Translations under genes and position numbers: made by a program
Source: Candidatus Binatia bacterium
GTDB taxonomy: Bacteria; Desulfobacterota; Binatia; Bin18
Length of the DNA stretch: 64,000 bases
Direction: 5' to 3'
Assembly (NCBI GenBank): GCA_963666315.2
Contig: CAXXHG010000001.1
Location: 14,681 to 78,680, forward strand
The notes under the pieces: generated by a model
Databases searched by the model: none
Seen by the model: only the letters and a program-made list of their open reading frames with translations
What the model was told of the DNA's origin: nothing
Shown: positions 59,144 through 64,000 of the stretch, piece after piece
Layout of the letters: each line of letters begins with the position of its first letter
Numbering within the stretch: position 1 is the stretch's first letter

Positions 59144-59171
59144 GTAGGGACACCGGGTGTTGCACCCCTAC
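59144..59171. repeat. Degenerate GTAG-family REP
   Basis: gtagggacaccgggtgttgcacccctac. Confidence 0.55.
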
Positions 59172-59194
59172 ATCGAAAGGCGAGACGAAAGTCT

Positions 59195-59716
59195 ATGGGC
59201 AATTTCTATTCATATCGCAAGCTCGAAGATAATGTTTTTATAGAAATCGCGGGTGTTGAGTTCGAAGACTTTGAAGTTGGCCAAGTCTTTGAACATCGTC
59301 CCGGACGAACGTTTACAGCTGAGGAAAACCGCCGGCATACGTTTCGGTCCGCCGATCTCTTAGCTCGTAACGCAGACGCTGTGTACAACCAAAAGGTCTA
59401 TGGCGGGGAAGAGGTGATTAACGAAACCTTGGTGCTCAGTACTGTAACCGCCATGACGACCAAAACGTTTAACAAAGTCGTGGCCAACCTCGGCTGGACG
59501 GATGTGAAGCTCCCCACACCGGTCAAGGCTGGCGACACAATCTATGCTGAGTCGGAATTGCTAGGCACACGCGAATCAAAATCTCGTCCGGCCCAGGCGG
59601 TTCTGCATGTCCGTACCCGTGCGGTGAATCAACATGGAGATGAAGTGTGCTCGTTTGAGCGTAAGCTCCTGATCTATAAACGAGGCTTAGGACCGTACGA
59701 AGACGCCGGATATTAG
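59195..59716 (+). CDS. MaoC family dehydratase (paralogous subunit lacking the His motif)
   Basis: FEDFEVGQVFEHRPGRT, ANLGW, PVKAGDTIYAES. Confidence 0.85.
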   Translation: MGNFYSYRKLEDNVFIEIAGVEFEDFEVGQVFEHRPGRTFTAEENRRHTFRSADLLARNADAVYNQKVYGGEEVINETLVLSTVTAMTTKTFNKVVANLGWTDVKLPTPVKAGDTIYAESELLGTRESKSRPAQAVLHVRTRAVNQHGDEVCSFERKLLIYKRGLGPYEDAGY

Positions 59717-59750
59717 ACCGAAGAATAGAAATGAGCAGAGGTAAGCTCGC

Positions 59751-60158
59751 ATGAACCAACTCGAAGAAGGCAAAGAACTCACGCTGGATTTCAAGAAGCT
59801 GCGTAAGGTGGCCGAAACCGCTCAGGACGTCATCCCAGTCGTGTTACAACACGCCGAGAATGGCGATGTCCTGTTTATCGGCTACGCCAACGATCTCGCT
59901 CTCAAAGAAACAGTCAAAACCAAACAGGCTGTCCTCTGGTCCACGTCACGCAACGAACTATGGCGCAAGGGCGAGACCTCGGGCGATGTGCTCGATCTCG
60001 TTGACGTCCGGGTTAATTGTGAACAGAATTCCGTGCTCTACCGGGTGATTCCGCGTAAGGGCGGTGTGTGTCACACCAAAGACCAGGCCGGAAATGCTCG
60101 GCTAACGTGTTATTACCGCCAGGCTCTCGACTCTGTCCAAGACCTAGAATTCGTCTAG
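59751..60158 (+). CDS. hisI: Phosphoribosyl-AMP cyclohydrolase
   Basis: WSTSRNELWRKGETSG, VNCEQNS, CHT...CYYR. Confidence 0.9.
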   Translation: MNQLEEGKELTLDFKKLRKVAETAQDVIPVVLQHAENGDVLFIGYANDLALKETVKTKQAVLWSTSRNELWRKGETSGDVLDLVDVRVNCEQNSVLYRVIPRKGGVCHTKDQAGNARLTCYYRQALDSVQDLEFV

Positions 60159-60212
60159 GTTGACCTTGAAAGACGGGCGGGGTAACCCCGCCCGCACGAT
60201 TCTGCCCAGTAG

Positions 60213-60368
60213 TAACGTGTCCAGGTTAAAATAGTGCGCCGCCGCGCGTTCATGCTTCGACGGACTCAGCACGAACGGTTCCGTTCCACATGGCCTCTTC
60301 CCGTTCGCCCTGAGCTTGTCGAAGGGGAACGGCGATAAGACGGTGCTCAGTTTTAATGTAGACGCGGT
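60213..60368. mobile_element. MITE-like element with imperfect terminal inverted repeats and an internal long hairpin
   Basis: acgtgtccaggttaaaa versus ttttaatgtagacgcgg (12/17 match); internal inverted pair cttcgacggactcagcacgaacgg / ccgttcgccctgagcttgtcgaag; partial copy at 43535-43589. Confidence 0.5.
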
Positions 60369-60373
60369 CTTGA

Positions 60374-61330
60374 TTAGGCTGGGTTCAACACCCGCACCGG
60401 AGCGCCACTCAAAAAGGCTTGAATATTCTCCACTGTCTCATCGAAGAAAATCTTATACGTTTCGGTTGTTACGTAGCCTATGTGTGGGGTGATGACCGTA
60501 TTGTCCAGCTTTCTCAGCGGGTGATCGAGCGGGAGCGGCTCCTCATCAAACACATCCAAGCCTGCGCCGGCAATGATTCCTTTTTGTAGGGCTGCTATAA
60601 GCGCAGTCTCGTCTACTATTGGCCCGCGTGAAGTGTTGATTAAATATGCTGTTGGTTTCATCTGGCTGAGTTCAGGGCCCCCGATGAGGCCACGCGAACG
60701 TCTGCTTAATACTAAATGGATCGAAAGAATGTCTGCGCATGCCAGGAGTTCGTCTTTACTCACCAAGGTCGCGCCGCATTCGGCGGCGCGCTCCGGCGTA
60801 AGATTTTGGCTCCAGGCGATCACGTCCATCTGGAAGGCTAGCCCGACTTTTGCAACCTGCGCTCCTAATCGCCCCAGGCCCATGAGACCGAGTGTTTTGC
60901 CGCTGAGTCCCAGGCCCATACTCACCTGCCACTGACCGGCGCGTGTTGCCTGGTCTTCGCGTGGGATATGTCGGAGCAAAGATAAAATAAGTGCCCAGCT
61001 GAGCTCTGCGGTTGGAAACAAGATGCCGCCTGTCCCACACACCAGGACGCCGCAGTCTGTTGCTGCTTGCATATCGATGGCTGCGTTGCGCATGCCGGTT
61101 GTGGTCAGGAGTTTGAGCTTGGGTAGTTGTTTAAGCAAGCTGCGTGAGAAGGGCGTGCGCTCACGCATGGCCATCACAATGTCAAAATACTTGAGACGGT
61201 GCGCCACCGCGTCTTGGTCTTTCAAATGATCTTGGAAAATCTGGACCTCAACTCCGGCAGGCAGAACGCTCCAGTCGGTCATCTGCCGAGCGGCCTGTTG
61301 GTAATCGTCGAGAACGGCAACGCGTGGCAT
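60374..61330 (-). CDS. D-2-hydroxyacid dehydrogenase family protein
   Basis: MRERTPF, GLGRLG, INTSRGP, DVFDEEP, TPHIG. Confidence 0.92.
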   Translation of the reverse strand: MPRVAVLDDYQQAARQMTDWSVLPAGVEVQIFQDHLKDQDAVAHRLKYFDIVMAMRERTPFSRSLLKQLPKLKLLTTTGMRNAAIDMQAATDCGVLVCGTGGILFPTAELSWALILSLLRHIPREDQATRAGQWQVSMGLGLSGKTLGLMGLGRLGAQVAKVGLAFQMDVIAWSQNLTPERAAECGATLVSKDELLACADILSIHLVLSRRSRGLIGGPELSQMKPTAYLINTSRGPIVDETALIAALQKGIIAGAGLDVFDEEPLPLDHPLRKLDNTVITPHIGYVTTETYKIFFDETVENIQAFLSGAPVRVLNPA

Positions 61331-61351
61331 GAGTGTGTCTCCGTGTGACTC

Positions 61352-62338
61352 TCATTTTTGTATGCGAACGAACTTTTGCAGTACATGGCCGTCGAGCGGG
61401 ATTAAGCCTTGTTTTCCTCCAGCGCTATAGTTCACCTCGCCCACGTATAAATCTCCTCGTGAATCAGCCCAGATGCCATGGGGCGCATAGAAATTGCCTG
61501 GCTCTAAGCCATGCCCACCAAAGCGGTGTTGCACCTCCCCATCTAGAGTGAGCACGGTGACACAGGCGTTGGGCTCATGCGGGGGGACGGCTGCTCCCAT
61601 ATCATTTGGCATATGGGCGACTTTGAAGCCGAGCTCCGCCACAAAGAGATTTTCATCCTCGTCGATATACAGATCGTCCGGGCGATTCACATGCGTCCAC
61701 TCGGTGACATACTCGCCCGCGCCGGTAAAAATCTGAATGCGCGAGTTTTCGCGGTCGGCAACATAGACTTGCCCGCGCCGGTCGACTGCAATCGCATGTG
61801 GTATTTTGAATTGCCCCGGGCCACTGCCGGGCTCACCCCAGGAGAATTGTAAGACACCATCCGCAGAGAACTTATGTATGCGCGCGTTCCCGTAGCCATC
61901 GGCGATATACATATCGCCCTTTGGTGACAACGCAACATTCGTGACCATATTGAACGGACCCGAGGCCTGTTGGACGGGTGTTGTCCACGCTTTAAAGCCA
62001 GTGTCGGCTGGTTTATCTTTCTCTCCCAGCGTGCGGATGAGGGTGCCATCCGGCTTGAAGATGCGGACGGTGTGATCAAAATTATCTGCACAGTAGATGC
62101 TGTCATCCGGGCCGATAAAGATACCGTGCGCGTTGGTAAAGACGTCTTCTCCCCAGGCGTCTAAAAATTTGCCGTCACGGTCAAAGACGATCATGGGATG
62201 TGCGCCGCGATTAAACGCATACACTCGGTCTTGTGAATCGGTTGCCACTCCGGCGACCTCGACAAACGACCAGCCTTCCGGCAATTGTTCCCAGCCTTGG
62301 ATGACTTCGTATTCGACCTTGTTTTGTCCTAGGGCCAT
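61352..62338 (-). CDS. NHL-repeat protein (peptidyl-alpha-hydroxyglycine alpha-amidating lyase family)
   Basis: ADGYGNARIHKF, PHAIAVD, VADRENSRIQIF. Confidence 0.88.
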   Translation of the reverse strand: MALGQNKVEYEVIQGWEQLPEGWSFVEVAGVATDSQDRVYAFNRGAHPMIVFDRDGKFLDAWGEDVFTNAHGIFIGPDDSIYCADNFDHTVRIFKPDGTLIRTLGEKDKPADTGFKAWTTPVQQASGPFNMVTNVALSPKGDMYIADGYGNARIHKFSADGVLQFSWGEPGSGPGQFKIPHAIAVDRRGQVYVADRENSRIQIFTGAGEYVTEWTHVNRPDDLYIDEDENLFVAELGFKVAHMPNDMGAAVPPHEPNACVTVLTLDGEVQHRFGGHGLEPGNFYAPHGIWADSRGDLYVGEVNYSAGGKQGLIPLDGHVLQKFVRIQK

Positions 62339-62372
62339 GCTTGAATCCCTCCTATTTCTTGCTACAAGAAAT

Positions 62373-62819
62373 TTATGGTACCCGTTGGTCGAGCTGTAGC
62401 ACGATGCCGTCCGGATCTTTAAACAAGGTTGTCATGACCTTACCCCCCGCCTCTTCGCCACACGCAACGCTATCAAAAGTCGTGGGCGGCGTGACGATAG
62501 GCACGCCGGCTGCTTGTATTTTCTGGAACGTCTGCTCCAAATCGTCGACCCAAAAGGCAAAGTGGTGAATGCCGACTTGATTGAGGCTAATCGCTTTACC
62601 GGAAATGGGCTGATTCTCGGATAGCACAATGAAGGTGGCATCCGGCCCATCTTCCCAACGCAGATACACGCCGTGGCGCGACTTGGCGAGCGTGCCGCCG
62701 GGATTCTCGGTGGGATCGTCCAGCGTAACCTTGAGGCCCAACAGGTCTCGGTAAAATTTGAGTGACTGCTCCATATTGCTAACCCCGATAGCGATATGTG
62801 ACGTGCTGCGAATTTTCAT
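62373..62819 (-). CDS. VOC/glyoxalase family protein
   Basis: HIAIGVSNMEQSLKFYRDLLG, GIHHFAFWVDD, DPDG. Confidence 0.9.
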   Translation of the reverse strand: MKIRSTSHIAIGVSNMEQSLKFYRDLLGLKVTLDDPTENPGGTLAKSRHGVYLRWEDGPDATFIVLSENQPISGKAISLNQVGIHHFAFWVDDLEQTFQKIQAAGVPIVTPPTTFDSVACGEEAGGKVMTTLFKDPDGIVLQLDQRVP

Positions 62820-62869
62820 GTTTCCCCTCCTTATAGTGCGACAATCTTGAAACGAAAAGATGGTCCTGA

Positions 62870-64000
62870 TTACGCACGGGTGAGCTGTTGCGCTTGCTGA
62901 ATCAATGCTCTTTTCCGCTCGTGCAGACTACGCTCTAGACCAATACGATAGTCATGCGGATTATTCAATTTCTTAACCGCAGCCGGAAGTTGGGCGAGTT
63001 GCGCTTGGGTACGTCCCCGTATCTGTTCTAAGGTTGGCTCCGCGTAAACGGCTTTGCCGTTGCGAAATACGGGCACAAGCAGGTCGGTCCAGGCGGCCTG
63101 TGCTGAGATAGTATGGCGCTGGGTTGGATCTTCAAGATTCACCGCGGAACAGGAAGCCGAAATCCCGTGCTCCTCGTCATAGATAACGTCCTCTAGGAAT
63201 TCTTCAGCATGATACCGGCGGACCTGCAGAATACCGGGATTGTTCACTTTCTCCGGATCTTCGGAGAGTTTGATCTTTTCTTGCCACTTCCCGTGAGAAT
63301 CGCGAATGGCAGTCAATTTATACACACCACCCAAGGCGGGCTGGTCAAATGCGGTGACTAAGTGTGTCCCCACGCCCCAGACATTGATGCTCGTGCCCTG
63401 GGCTTTTAACTGTTCGATTGCGCGCTCGTCCAGATCATTGCTCCCAACGATATTGGCATTCGGAAAGCCCGCCTCGTCCAAAATCTTGCGTGCCTGGGTA
63501 CTGAGCTGAGAAAAATCGCCCGAGTCGAGCCGTATCCCGACCATTTCATGGCCTTGCTTGCGCAGCCAGTGTCCGACCTGAGCAGCTTTGCGTACGCCTT
63601 CGAGCGTGTTGTACGTATCGACTAAAAAAATACAGTTATTCGGCATGGCCTCGGCGTAGGCTTGAAATGATTCAAGTTCATCTGCAAAGGCCATAACCCA
63701 ACTATGAGCGTGGCGTTCCGCGCACGGGAATGCCGAATAGCTTCCCGGCCAGGACATTCGACGTCGCCGCACACCCGCCGATATAGGCGGCACGACATGC
63801 GGCTAAGGCTCCGTCAATACCTTGGGCACGCCGCAGGCCGGAATTCGAGGATGGGGTCGCCTTTGGGGCTAAGCACACGCGGGCGGCCTTGGTCGCAATC
63901 AAGGTTTGAAAATTGATGACGTTCAGCAGGACGGTCTCGATAAGCTGGCACTGGAGAAGCGGACCTTGGACCCGAATCAGAGGCTCTTGGGCAAAACTAC
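62870..64000 (-). CDS. pncB: Nicotinate phosphoribosyltransferase, 5' truncated by the window edge, with several indels at about 63710-63870
   Basis: GLRRAQG, TSNVLAG, HAHSW, LVDTYNT, IRLDSGD, WGVGT, GGVYKL. Confidence 0.9.

Noticed and set aside
12190-60368. CRISPR array from the recurring palindromes
   Set aside because: Copies are dispersed, not regularly spaced with unique spacers, and no cas genes are present

Overview
Bacterial chromosomal window (moderately GC-rich) with about 60 protein-coding loci. I could not support any rRNA, tRNA, CRISPR array or intact transposase. The gene mix includes five luciferase-like monooxygenases, an amidohydrolase, MaoC dehydratases, an Ltp2-like thiolase, DUF1329/DUF1302 and VOC. 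It resembles Candidatus Binatia / deltaproteobacteria-like lineages, which is an inference only. Recognisable modules are a sigma54-driven pspF/pspABC locus, an Mla-type ABC transporter with a PqiC-like lipoprotein, clpS-clpA next to an M1 aminopeptidase, hisI, dgt and pncB. The most striking items are four. (1) A tandem, mosaic triplication of secreted cytochrome c-PQQ quinohemoprotein dehydrogenases of the PVA-dehydrogenase type, all carrying an active-site D-x-D. (2) An extended HpnP-like B12 radical SAM gene paired with a tandem-DUF2889 gene. (3) Several deletion-fused gene chimeras and orphan antitoxins, pointing to genome decay. (4) At least three families of short intergenic palindromic repeats plus a MITE-like element. 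Many single-base frameshifts sit in homopolymers and may be sequencing errors. All annotations come from motif recognition by eye, with no database searches.
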